A stretch of 64,000 nt of DNA, taken from the NCBI GenBank assembly GCA_002269645.1, contig NIVC01000013.1:496001-560000 (forward strand). Reading direction: 5' to 3'. Below the pieces are notes generated by a model, which saw nothing but the letters and a program-made list of their open reading frames with translations, did no database searches and was not told the DNA's origin. The translations under genes were made by a program, and so were the position numbers. The DNA comes from Macrostomum lignano. Its lineage: Eukaryota. Of the stretch, positions 20,501-33,100 are shown in pieces. How positions within the stretch are numbered: the stretch's first letter is position 1; the number at the start of each line of letters is the position of its first letter.

Positions 20501-23500
20501 GTGACAGGGGAGAGAGGGTGGGAGGGGAGAGAGGGTGAGAGCGAAGGTAGGTGACAGGGGAGAGAGGGTGAGAGGGGAGAGAGGGTGAGAGCGGAGAGAG
20601 GGTGAGAGGGGAGAGATGGTGAGAGCGGAGAGAGGGTGAGAGCGGAGAGATGGTGAGAGCGGAGAGAGGGTGAGAGCGGAGAGAGGGTGAGAGCGGAGAG
20701 AGGGTGAGAGGGGAGAGAGGGTGAGAGGGGAGATAGGGTGAGAGCGGAGAGAGGGTGAGAGCGGAGAGAGGGTGAGAGGGGAGAGAGGGTGAGAGCGGAG
20801 AGAGGGTGAGAGCGGAGAGAGGGTGAGAGGGGAGAGAGGGTGAGAGCGGAGAGAGGGTGAGAGGGGAGAGAGGGTGAGAGGGGGAAAGGATGAGAGGGCA
20901 AATAGGGTGAGAGGGGAGAGAGGGTGAGAGGGGAGAGAGGGTGAGAGGGGAGAGAGGATGAGAGGGCAGAATGAGACAGAAGAGACAGTGAGAGCTGCTG
21001 GGATAGAGGGGGAGAATGAGACAGAAGAGACAGTGAGAGCTGCTGGGAGAGAGGGGGAGAATGAGACAGAAGAGACAGTGAGAGCTGCTGGGAGAGAGGG
21101 GGAGAATGAGACAGAAGAGACAGTGAGAGCTGCTGGGAGAGAGGGGGAGAATGAGACAGAAGAGACAGTGAGAGCTGCTGGGAGAGAGGGGAGAATGAGA
21201 CAGAAGAGACAGTGAGAGCTGCTGGGAGAGAGGGGAGAATGAGACAGAAGAGACAGTGAGAGCTGCTGTGAGAGAGGGGGAGAATGAGACAGAAGAGACA
21301 GTGAGAGCTGCTGGGAGAGAGGGGGAGAATGAGACAGAAGAGACAGTGAGAGCTGCTGGGAGAGAGGGGGAGAATGAGACAGAAGAGACAGTGAGAGCTG
21401 CTGGGAGAGAGGGGAGAATGAGACAGAAGAGACAGTGAGAGCTGCTGGGAGAGAGGGGAGAATGAGACAGAAGAGACAGTGAGAGCTGCTGTGAGAGAGG
21501 GGAGAATGAGACAGAAGAGACAGTGAGAGCTGCTGGGAGAGAGGGGGAGAATGAGACAGAAGAGACAGTGAGAGCTGCTGGGAGAGAGGGGGAGAATGAG
21601 ACAGAAGAGACAGTGAGAGCTGCTGTGAGAGAAGATGACAAAGGGGTAAAAGAAAAGTGAAAAGAAAGCCGTAAGCAAGCCCAGCATCACATGCGCAGTA
21701 GAAGCCGTGCCTACAAAGGCCATAAAGACGATTCATACAGTTATGAGCATGCTGGCAGCTTGGGCCTGCCAGTTATCAGTGTCGCAGCCAAAGCCACGAA
21801 TCGATTGCATCATAACTGGCTCTGCATGTCTTTGGGGTCACTTGTTAGAACCACATTAAGCTGTTAAAGCTTGCGGCTTAATAGCCTGGCATTGTGTCTT
21901 TGCGCGAATGTCAGAATTGCGCAATCCGGTGTCCTACACACTGTCTATGGCTGAAACCCCGTCCCGCCTGCGGGCTTCCATCAAAAGGCCACTTGTCTGA
22001 GATTATAAAGAACCGCATGCTGGGTCTTAGGTGTCTATCTGGTTACATCATCGCGCGGGTCGTTGCAGACTCGAAATATACTTACTGAAACAATAAATAA
22101 TGCTTTTCAGGATGAAGTTCAGGATTTGCCTAATTGGACACTGTAGCTTTAGGAGTAATCTGACTCTTCTATTACAATTGCAGTCCTCCGGTCCTCTCTT
22201 GATTTACCAGAATTGCTCTCATTTTTTGTTCATCATTTACTTCACGCTCACTATTTCTTTGCATTCCTTCTGGCTCTTCAAATCTCACCATTCTCTTGCT
22301 CCCTTCCTCTCTCCCTTCCCCTCCCTTCCTCTCTCCCTTCCCCTCCCTTCCTCTCTCCCTTCCCCTCCCTTCCTCTCTCCCTTCCCTCCCTTCCTCTCTC
22401 CCTTCCCCTCCCTTCCTCTCTCCCTTCCTCTCCCTTCCTCTCTCCCTTCCCCTCCCTTCCTCTCTCCCTTCCCCTCCCTTCCTCTCTCCCTTCCCCTCCC
22501 TTCCTCTCTCCCTTCCTCTCTCCCCTCTCTCCCTTCCCCTCCCTTCCTCTCTCCCTTCCTCTCCCTTCCTCTCTCCCTTCCTCTCTCCCTTCCTTTCTCC
22601 CTTCCTCTCTCTCCTCTCTCCCTTCCCCTCCCTTCCTCTCTCCCTTCCTCTCCCTTCCTCTCTCCCTTCCTCTCTCTTCCTCTCTCCCTTCCTCTCCCTT
22701 CCTCTCTCCCTTCCTCTCCCTTCCTCTCTCCCTTCCTCTCCCTTCCTCTCTCCCTTCCTCTCTCCCTTCCTCTCCCTTCCTCTCTCCCTTCCTCTCCCTT
22801 CCTCTCTCCCTTCCTCTCCCTTCCTCTCACTTCCTCTCCCTTCCTCTCCCTTCCTCTATCCCTTCTTCTCCTCTCTCCCTTCCTCTCTCCCTTCCTCTCT
22901 CCATTCCTCTCTCCCTCCCTTCCTCTCTCTCCCCCTTCCTTCTTACCTTCATTTCCACTTCCATTCTATCATTCCCTCCCTCTCTCCCAAGGCATATCTG
23001 GAGACAGAGCTTGGGTCAGTGCCACTAGAAGCTTCCGCAGACTACCACACCTGCCACACAGCGTCAGCGCACTGCTGATGAATCTAATAGCAATTATCCA
23101 CTGACTTGCGGCTGGCAGCTTCTTCAGGAAAATTGATTGATAATCTGAAACCTACTACAATAACTGCGGCGACAATTGGGCTGGGTTAATTAACCTCTCG
23201 AATCTCTAAGAAATCGCCTAGAAACCGCAAATTGCGGGTCAGTGGTTTTGGTCTGACAAAAACAAAAATCAAAGATCTTGAAAGCTTGAAGTGATGATTC
23301 GATGAAATTAGTTTTAGGCTGACCGAACTGCAACTGACTGACCTGATTGATTGATGGATTAACGGACTCCAACCAAAGCAATTTTCTAAGAAACCGCCTG
23401 TTGAATCCGTCGAATGGGAGAACAATTTTTGTTTGGTTAAAAACGGGCAGAAGACAATTTGGGCAGAACAAACATTGACAAGAATAAGAAATCTGAATAA

Positions 23501-26145
23501 TTTCTTTAACTTTCGCCTCCCTCTTGAAAACTTTCGCCCTGAAGGGTTTTGGGCACTTCAGTGCTGGCCCACGGCAGCTAATGAATGATCATTCTTGCTG
23601 GAATATGGGCTGGAATTTCCATCGGCAGGCGATAGAAGAAAATCTTTCAACGCTCAAGTGGTTGTTCTGGGCTCCCGCTGACCGACTGGAGCCATCAGAA
23701 AGTTTGATGAAGCTCAGAAATATGGGGAGAGAAATGACTTGGTGTTTGCTTTCCTTCTCCTGACTGTCAGCTGGGAGCTGCTATTCCACTATGGGCAATG
23801 ATTGCAAACAGAGAAATCCAATTTGTTAATTTCATTTAGTGAGGTCTGAACTCATTCAGGTGGTCTGAACTCATTCAGGTGGTCTGAACTCATTCAGGTG
23901 GTCTGAACTCATTCAGATGGTCTGAACTCATTCAGGTGGTCTGAACTCATTCAGGTGGTCTGAACTCATTCAGGTAGTCTGAACTCATTCAGGTAGTCTG
24001 AACTCATTCAGGTGGTTTGAATGAGTTCAGGGTGTCTTAACTCCCTCGGGGTGTCCTCAACTCTCTCGGGGTGTCCTCAACTCCCTCAGGGTATCCTCAA
24101 CTCCCTCAGGGTGTCCTCAACTCCCTCAGGGTGTCTTAACTCACTCAGGGTGTCTCAACTCCCTCAGGGTGTCTCAACTCACTCAGGTTGTCTCTCAACT
24201 CCTTCAGGGTGTCTCAACTCACTCAGGTTGTCTCTCAACTCACTCAGGTTGTCTCTCAACTCACTCAGGTTGTCTCTCAACTCACTCAGGTTGTCTCTCA
24301 ACTCCCTCAGGGTGTCTCAACTCACTCAGGGTGTCTCAACTCACTCAGGGTGTCTCGACTCACTCAGGTTGTCTCTCAACTCACTCAGGTTGTCTCTCAA
24401 CTCTCTCAGGGTGTCTCAACTCACTCAGGTTGTCTCTCAACTCCCTCAGGTTGTCTCTCAACTCACTCAGGTTGTCTCTCAACTCACTCAGGTTGTCTCT
24501 CAACTCACTCAGGTTGTCTCTCAACTCACTCAGGTTGTCTCTCAACTCACTCAGGGTGTCTCTCAACTCACTCAGGTTGTCTCTCAACTCACTCAGGTTG
24601 TCTCTCAACTCACCCAGGTTGTCTCTCAACTCCCTCAGGGTGTCTCAACTTACTCAGGGTGTCTCAACTCACTCAGGTTGTCTCAACTCCCTCAGGGTGT
24701 CTCAACTCCCTCAGGGTGTCTCAACTCACTCAGGGTGTCTCGACTCACTCAGGGTGTCTTGACTCACTCAGGTTGTCTCTCAACTCACTCAGGTTGTCTC
24801 TCAACTCACCCAGGTTGTCTCTCAACTCCCTCAGGGTGTCTCAACTCACTCAGGGTGTCTCAACTCACTCAGGTTGTCTCAACTCACTCAGGGTGTCTCA
24901 ACTCTCTCAGGGTGTCTCAACTCACTCAGGTTGTCTCTCAACTCACTCAGGTTGTCTCTCAACTCACTCAGGTTGTCTCTCAACTCACTCAGGTTGTCTC
25001 TCAACTCACTCAGGTTGTCTCTCAACTCACTCAGGTTGTCTCTCAACTCACTCAGGTTGTCTCTCAACTCCCTCAGGGTGTCTCAACTCTCTGAGGGTGT
25101 CTCGACTCACTCAGGTTGTCTCAACTCTCTCAGGGTGTCTCAACTCACTCAGGTTGTCTCTCAACTCACTCAGGTTGTCTCAACTCTCTCAGAGTGTCTC
25201 AACTCACTCAGGTTGTCTCTCAACTCACCCAGGTTGTCTCTCAACTCCCTCAGGGTGTCTCAACTCACTCAGGGTGTCTCAACTCACTCAGGTTGTCTCA
25301 ACTCACTCAGGGTGTCTCAACTCACTCAGGTTGTCTCTCAACTCACTCAGGTTGTCTCTCAACTCACTCAGGTTGTCTCTCAACTCACTCAGGTTGTCTC
25401 TCAACTCACTCAGGTTGTCTCTCAACTCACTCAGGGTGTCTCAACTCTCTCAGGGTGTCTCAACTCACTCAGGGTGTCTCAACTCTCTCAGGGTGTCTCA
25501 ACTCCCCCAGGGTTGAGACACCCTGGCGTTGAGCGTTGAGACACCCAGGGTTGAGACAACTGGCGTCTTAACCATCACACCGGCCTTCATCATCAGGTGA
25601 AAATCTGGTTCCAAAACCGGCGCTACAAGGTGAAACGCCAGCAAGCCGACAAGTCTGTGGAGCTGCAGGCCGCAGCCTATAGCCAGTGCCGGTTCCCAGT
25701 CAGCAGCAGCTTGCTTCGCGAGGCCATCGCCTCCTCCGCTGCCGTCTCCGACCATGTCGACAGCGGCGGCGGCGGCGGCCAGGCGTCGGGCAGTTTCGGC
25801 AGCTACGCAAGCGCAACCGCAGCGGCCATGGCGGCGGCAGCGGCGGCGGCAGCAGCGGCGGCTGCGTCGGTTTCAGTCGCCGAATCGTTGGCAACAACTT
25901 CGGGTAGCAACGCGGAGGCTGTTGTAACTTCCGCGTCGGTCAACAACAAGCTGGTTGAAACTGACGCTCTTCATCAACAGCATCCGTATTTGAGCAGCCA
26001 GCAGCCGCCTCCACCGCCGCCTCCATACCACCAGGCCGTGTCTGCGGCGGCCGCCATGCAGCATCATCAGCATCATCAGTATTCAACAGGTGTCCCCGCC
26101 TATTCAGGTGCTGCAGCAGTTCACCATCTGGGTTGCCAGTGGTAG
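15906..26145 (+). CDS. nk4: NK4-class (tinman/Nkx2-5-like) homeobox transcription factor; exons 15906-16257, 17498-18051, 25597-26145 (1455 nt, ~484 aa)
   Basis: Spliced homeodomain [44 protein letters not shown]|[16 protein letters not shown] has the NK2-class Tyr54; RKPR and QNRRYK favour NK4 over NK2.1/2.2. GT-AG introns are phase 1 and 0. The exon-1 ATG is the least certain element. Confidence 0.88.
16281..17400. repeat. NK4 intron 1 minisatellite: 22-bp AATGACACCTGCTGG(G/C)ATTAGA grading into 19-bp AAATGACACCTGGGATTAT
   Basis: About 27 copies of the 22-mer, then about 23 copies of the derived 19-mer. Confidence 0.95.
18055..18612. repeat. 12-bp minisatellite GCTAGAGGGTGT immediately after the NK4 intron 2 donor
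   Basis: Direct reading; gives a (VLEG)n read-through ORF. Confidence 0.95.
19195..19830. repeat. 13-bp purine-rich repeat GAGAGGGAGATAA (NK4 intron 2)
   Basis: Direct reading. Confidence 0.93.
20420..20960. repeat. 17-bp purine-rich repeat GAGAGGGTGAGAG(C/G)GGA (NK4 intron 2)
   Basis: Direct reading. Confidence 0.9.
20960..21630. repeat. 44-45-bp minisatellite GAATGAGACAGAAGAGACAGTGAGAGCTGCTGGGAGAGAGGGGGA (NK4 intron 2)
   Basis: About 15 copies, e.g. GAATGAG at 21014 and 21059. Confidence 0.93.
22300..22930. repeat. Pure C/T low-complexity repeat (CCCTTCCTCTCT-type) in NK4 intron 2
   Basis: About 600 nt almost free of A and G. Confidence 0.93.
23840..25560. repeat. Compound array: 19-bp GGTCTGAACTCATTCAGGT (23840-24020) followed by 19/21-bp CTCAACTCACTCAGG(G/T)TGT(CT) (24025-25560)
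   Basis: Direct reading; ends about 35 nt before the exon 3 acceptor. Confidence 0.95.
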
Positions 26146-26269
26146 GACAGCTGCTACTGTCCAAGGCGCTTCGATGATTCAATGAGGTTCTTGAGCGGCT
26201 CATTGTCGCATGGAAGGGTCATTGGAGCTATTTGCTTAATGATTTGCATGCAAATTGATTGCTGGGTGA

Positions 26270-26725
26270 CTCATTGACCCAGATATAGCTCAATCAATGA
26301 CCCAATGACCCAATGACCTAATGACCCAGATAAAGCCCAATCAATGACCCAATGACCTAATGACCCAATGACCTAATGACCCAATGACCCAATGTCCCAG
26401 ATATAGCTCAATCAATGACCAATGACCCAATGACCCAATGACCCAGATAAAGCTCAATCAATGACCCAATGACCCAATGACACAATGACCAAATGACCCA
26501 GATATAGCTCAATCATTGACCCAATGACTCAGATATAGCTCAATCAATGACCTAGATACAGCTCAATCAATGGCCCAATGACCAATGCAGCTCAATCAAT
26601 GACCAAATGACCTACTAGATACGGCTCAATCAATGCCCCAAATGGCCCAGACATACTGATCGTAGCTCAACGAATAATGACCCAGTTATAACTCAATCAA
26701 TGAGAATGACCCAGATATAGCTAAA
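26270..26725. repeat. Degenerate repeat of AATGACCC and AGATATAGCTCAATC modules downstream of the NK4 stop
   Basis: Direct reading. Confidence 0.85.
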
Positions 26726-29124
26726 TCAACGACTTAATTATCGCGAGAACATTTTAGCCATTTAAATATTTAGAACTTTTCATCAGATTATTGATTTAAA
26801 ATATTTATTGATCTACGAGCTATTTCGCAAATCGCAGCGCACATTTTAACTCAGCAGTGCGCTCGCTATTCGAGGCTAAATTAACATAATTTGTGTAAAT
26901 TAATTTTTCTGACCATAAAAAAACGAATTTTGCTGTTACATGCACATGTATCTGATGACTTGATTGTAAACTGCACCATCTTGCTTGAAATTTTGTTATA
27001 ATGTAGTAATTTCTACACAGACCAGCTGTTCTCAATTGTGTACGGTGTACATGTACATGTACAAAGCACAGCTGTACATGTACGTTTGTCTCAAAACTAT
27101 CTCCTACTATGCAGTAAACTTTTGTAGTTGTATAAAATATCATAAATGTATGTATAAAATGGTTTATACATCTTAATTATAGTGTACATGATCCCGTTTT
27201 TTAATTACATGCATGTATATTTCTCATATCGTGTAAAGATGTCAGTTGTTGGATAATTGCCATTTGGTTTGCATGCATGTGCTGTAAATATAATATACTA
27301 CTTATACAAGTAGCAAAAAATACACGTACATATAAATGTATTACCATGCACATGCAGCAGTATTATTATACTGTATGAATTGCAATTCTAAGGCTTTGAA
27401 TTCTAAATTTGATGATACAATGTACCTCAATTAAGGTTAAGGTTTGACTAGCAGGCCAGAGACCAACTAGCTGGATTCACACTGGATTCTAATAGCGAAA
27501 ATGGTTATGCTATTATATCGAAAAAAATCTCTTTTGCTATAGGGAAACAGTCTTTTTTCAAAAATTTGAACCGTATTCATGACAGAACATCTCGAGCTCA
27601 GAATAATGACTCCCCTACATGTAAATCTTTTTCTATCTCTATTGTACATGTATAACTATAGCCAGCACAGCTGTACCTCGGCCTTACTGTGTACCCTGTA
27701 CCTGCACAAAACGCTGCAGGCCATACCGGCGAGGACAGGCGCACAATCGGCGTTTTGTCGACGGCATGCGTGACCGCAGGTACATAATTGTCCTAGGGGC
27801 TGTTATGAACGATAAACCTCATCAATTAGTAGAACAGTAAAGGAAAAATTTAACCAAGGATTGTTCTTTATACTTTGTAGCTCGTTCACTACATACAAAA
27901 GCTCAAGGAAGTCACGAACGTTCTATGCAGGGCACACCTGCACTTTTATGAGCGACAGTTAAACGAAAAAGAATAATAAAACAAACGATTTAGGTTAATT
28001 ATGTAGTAAAATTTTTATATTCAACAAGACGCATTAAAATTAATCTTATAAAGTTATTCAGAATGAATCTTTTTCAAGTACTTTATTTGTTAAATTCATA
28101 AGTAATCGAAGCTTGGTATTAAAATTCGAAATTGTGACTAATTTATTTTTGAATGGAATTTCATGTGCATGTTCTTCGTCGTGACTCGTGCTTTAATGCT
28201 GTAGCCTGTAGTACATCACTGTACATGTGTTGACAGTGTTGACAGTGACAGGGGCGTTCGGAGGGGCATGTTGGGATGTAGTCCCCCCGAATAGCCAAAA
28301 AAATGTTCGTCTGTTTTCTAGTAATTTCTTATTTCTTATTCGTTTTTGTTCTCCATAGCAGATGGGATGATAGGGCCGGCCAAGGCGGCCTAACCTCCTT
28401 AACCCGATAAAAAATTTTGGCGGCTTTTGGCTAGCCTTCTAAATTTTATTGATTTATCAATTTTTGTTTTGCATTTTATTAACAACAGCTAACGCCTAAA
28501 GCTTCTGACTAGGGTTTTGCAATAGACATTTGCTAGGTAATAATTTATTATTAATGATACCAAAATTTCCTTGCAGAAAGGGATACACTTGATCAGTTTC
28601 AGTTTCTTTTTAGTAATCCTAGGTCTAGACTTATTAGTGCATTATCCTTTGCCTTCCTTTGTTTTGTATCCTTTGTTTTAGCTATAAATATCTAAGTAGC
28701 TTAGCTATCTGTAGCCCTAGGCCTAGCTATTCAAGAACTTTTAATGCTTAATGTACTTATGTACTTTTTAAACTCTTGCAGTTGCTTTTAAAAAGCTTTT
28801 GTATTATTCTTTAAACAATATATCTATCTACTGTTTTCTGTTTATTGGTAGCTATATATTTATCAATTAAGGTAAAATTGTAAACCCTATTTTTACTTTA
28901 TAAAATGATTACTTGTTGTTTGCAATAGAGCATCTAGTTTTTTATCTATTATTTAAAGAAAGATATTTTAGTTATTTAAAATCTATATTCTTTTTTTGTA
29001 TAAGAAATTGTTATTAAATAAATAAATAAAACTAAATGTTTGTTTAAAACTTTTTTGCTAAAAATCAGAAAATTCTAATCTAATAAAAAATTATAATAAA
29101 AAATAATATATAAAGTGTTTTTGC

Positions 29125-29740
29125 CTGCTCACTGCTCCTGAAATCTCCCCAAATCAGTTAAAAGAATCGCCCCTCAACTGCTCCTGAAATCTCCCCAAAT
29201 CAGTTAAAAGAATCGCCCCTCAACTGCTCCTGAAATCTCCCCAAATCAGTTAAAAGAATCGCCCCTCAACTGCTCCTGAAATCTCCCATAATCAGTTAGA
29301 AGAATCGCCCCTCAACTGCTCCTGAAATCTCCCCTAATCAGTTAGAAGAATCGCCCCTCAACTGCCTTTGAAATCTCCCCCAATCAGTTAGAAAAATCGC
29401 CCCTCAACTGCTCCTGAAATCTCCCCTAATCAGTTAGAAGAATCGCCCCTCAACTGCCTTTGAAATCTCCCCCAATCAGTTAGAAAAATCGCCCCTTAAC
29501 TGCTCCTGAAATCTCCCCTAATCAGTTAGAAGAATCGCCCCTCAACTGCTCCTGAAATCTCCCCTAATCAGTTAGAAGAATCGCCCCTCAACTGCTCCTG
29601 AAATCTCCCCTAATCAGTTAGAAGAATCGCCCCTCAACTGCTCCTGAAATCTCCCCTAATCAGTTAGAAGAATCGCCCCTCAACTGCTCCTGAAATCTCC
29701 CCCAATCAGTTAATAGAATCGCCACTTAACCACCCCTGAA
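29125..29740. repeat. 46-bp minisatellite GAATCGCCCCTCAACTGCTCCTGAAATCTCCCCTAATCAGTTAGAA upstream of the septin
   Basis: About 13 copies (GAATCGC at 29164, 29210 and onward). Confidence 0.95.
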
Positions 29741-30106
29741 ATCGCTGTACTTGAGTAGTTGCCGTTATTTATAACTAAAGTTAAGTAGCTAGTTTTATTA
29801 TAATATTATGCAAATATATTCCATTCTATAAAATATAGTTTACCATAAGTCCTCGACCTCATGACAAAGCAATTTTGCTTAATGCTAATGTATTCCCCCC
29901 TTTTTTTCAAGACAACCAACAATATTGCGCATTGCAACCTGCTGAGTGTGTTTCTAATGGCTCTGATTTGCACAGCTGTAATGTGATATATTCGGCTAGT
30001 CAATAAAATATGCGCATATTCACAGATTCACACGCTCCCCGCTTTTCTTCATGTTCTCGGAAAATTCTACAAACTAGTAAAGAAATATCTGCGCATACCT
30101 TTGTGA

Positions 30107-33100
30107 ATGTCTTTAACAAACGGTTTAGCAGCAGCAATGTCCACTTCAAAGCGATCTGTAGACGAGCCGTACACAGCCAGCAGTTACCGATCGATGCGCA
30201 GTACCGCATGCGATGACGTATTGGCGAAATATCGAACCTCAGACACTTCATCTTCAGCGTTGAATTCTTCGAAGCAGTCGTATCGGCTTGATCACAGAGA
30301 GCCGAGCTCCGACACCTCAGCTCCTCACCAGCATCAGGTGGGCTACGCCAACCTGCCTAATCAGATCTACAGGCGAGCGGTTCGTCGCGGGTTCGAATTC
30401 AACTTGATGGTGGTTGGCGAGACTGGATTGGGGAAGTCCACCTTGTTGAATAGTTTGTTCTCGTCTGAGCTGTACAACTCTGACCATCCTGGTCCGTCCA
30501 AGCGGATTAAGAAGACTGTCTGTGTTGAATCCCACACTGTACTGTTGAAGGAGAACAGCGTGCACCTGCGGCTGAACCTGATTGACACGCCAGGATTTGG
30601 TGATGCTGTTGATAATACCAACTGCTGGAGTCCGGTGATTGATTATATTGAGGCCAGGTTCCAGGAGCACCTTACTGCCGAGCAGAAAGTGAGCTTTTTT
30701 TAATTGTCTTGAGATTGTGCACCTTCTGTTCGTTTAACTTTTTGATTTTGTGCCTCTAGTTGGGTGTGAGAATCGCCTCTAATTGGGGGTGAGAATCGTC
30801 TTATTGGGGTGAGAATCGCCTTGAATTAGGGGTGAGAATCGCCTCTAATTGGGGTTGAGAATCGCCTCTAATTAGGTGTGAGAATCGCCTTTAATTGGGG
30901 GTGAGAATCGCCTCTAATTGGGGGTGAGAATTGCCTCTATTTAGGCGTGAGAATCGCCTCGAATTAGGTGTGAGAATCGCCTCTAATTAAGTTTGAGAAT
31001 CGCAATTCGACCCCCCTCACTCACTATCTCCAGGTCAACCGAGGTCAGATTCTGGACAGCAGAGTACACTGCGTACTCTACTTCATAGCGCCAACTGGTC
31101 ACGGCCTGAAGCCGTTGGACATCGAATTCATGAAGCGCCTATCGGACCGGGCCAATGTGGTGCCAATTCTGGCCAAGGCCGACTGCATGACCCCGGACGA
31201 GTTGCGCGACTTTAAAAAGACAATACTGAACGAGCTTGCTCAGCATAAAATCCGGGTTTACGATTTCCCCGACTGTCCGGGCAGCGATGCGCCAGCTGCC
31301 GCCGCCTCCGCCGCTGCGTCGTCCGCCTCCGTTTCCGCCGCCTCGTCCGTCGTTGGTTCAACTAAAGACGACGATTTCAATGGCCAGATAAAGGGCTACA
31401 GAGAGCGAATGCCTTTCGCCGTGATTGGCGCCAACTGTACAGTTGAAGGTCGCGGCGGCAGCTCCAGCCAGCGAGCCCGGGCCAGAGTCTATCCGTGGGG
31501 CACAGTTGAAGTGGAAAATTTGGAGCACAACGATTTTCGAGCATTGAGAAACCTGCTGCTTCGGACTCATATGCAAGATCTGCGGGAGGTCACCAGCAAT
31601 CTGCACTATGAGAACTACAGGTGAGCGGCAAGGGGGCAGCCGCCATTGTGCCACTTTTCTGCCCTCTTCTGACCCCTTTTCCCCATCCCTCCCCTACACC
31701 CCTTTCCACCCCTCCCCTACACCCCTTTCCACCCCTCCCCTACACCCCTTTCCACCCCTCCCCTACACCCCCTTTCCACCCCTTCCCCTACACGCACCCC
31801 CTTTCCATCCCTCCCTTACACCCCCTTTCCACCCCTCCCCTACACCCCCTTTCCACCCCTCCCCTACACCCCCTTTCCACCCCTCCGCCCCCTCTTCGCC
31901 CTCTTCGCCGCCCTCCTCCCACCCCCTCTCCGCCCTCCTTCAGCCCCACTTTCCGCCCCCTTCCGCCCCTCCTCTCCGCCCCTTCTCCGCCCATCCTTTC
32001 CACCCCCTTTCCACCGCCGCTTTTTCTACCCCAAAATCTCCACTCCTCTCCGCTCCCCTTCACGCCACCCCACTTTCTCCACCCCCTCTTTGCCCATCTC
32101 CTCTCCGCCCCTCTCCGCCCCTGCACTCCAGTGCGCCATTAAAATTACTACGAGTAAAAGCAGCAGCTTCACCTCACCCTGCACAACATCCCTGCATCTC
32201 TCCAACCTTCAGATTTGGTAAGCTGGCAGGCATCGCCCAGGATTCGAAGTTTCGTACCACAGACGGCAAAGATCCGATGACACAGATGGAGGCGGAGAAG
32301 CGCGATCACGATCTTAAGCTGAAGAGTATGAAATCTGAGATGGAGGCAGTGTTCGAAATGAAGGTTGGCTTCTTGTTTGTGTACTTTGGCTTTGTCATAA
32401 TCAATTCATTGTCACTCACACCTAAAGTCACACTCACCCTATAGTCACTCATACAGTCACTCCAACACTATAGTCACTCTCACCCTATAGTCACTCTTAT
32501 CCTATAGTCACTCTCATCCTATAGTCACTCTCACCCTATAGTCACTCTTATCCTATAGTCACTCTCATCCTATAGTCACTCTCACCCTATAGTCACTCTC
32601 ACCCTATAGTCACTCTCATCCTATAGTCACTCTCACCCTATAGTCACTCATACAGTCACTCCAACCCTATAGTCACTCCAACCCTATAGTCACTCCCACC
32701 CTATAGTCACTCTCATTCTATAGTCACTCTCACCCTATAGTCACTCTCATTCTATAGTCACTCATACAGTCACTCCAACCCTAAAGTCACTCTCACCCTA
32801 TAGTCACTCTCACCCTATAGTCACTCATACAGTCACTCCAACCCTATAGTCACTCTCATCCTATAGTCACTCTCACCCTATAGTCACTCTCACCCTATAG
32901 TCACTCTCACCCTATAGTCACTCTCATCCTATAGTCACTCTCATCCTACAGTCACTCTCACCCTATAGTCACTCTCACATTATAGTCACTCTCACCCTAT
33001 AGTCACTCTCACATTATAGTCACTCCCACCCTATAGACACTCAAACACAGTCACCCTCACCCTGCTCGGGCCGCAGGTGAAGGAGAAAAACCAGAAGCTC

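Noticed and set aside
19195-22930. Long-range pairing between the purine arrays and the pyrimidine array in NK4 intron 2
   Set aside because: The units are not reverse complements beyond generic GA/TC composition.
28247-29738. DNA transposon bounded by CAGGGGCG...CACCCCTG enclosing the 46-bp array
   Set aside because: The inverted match is only 6-7 bp and no target-site duplication flanks it.
32410-33040. Resemblance of CCCTATAGTCACTC to T7/SP6 promoter or vector sequence
   Set aside because: Only a partial match, embedded in a diverged genomic 17-bp tandem array within a valid intron.
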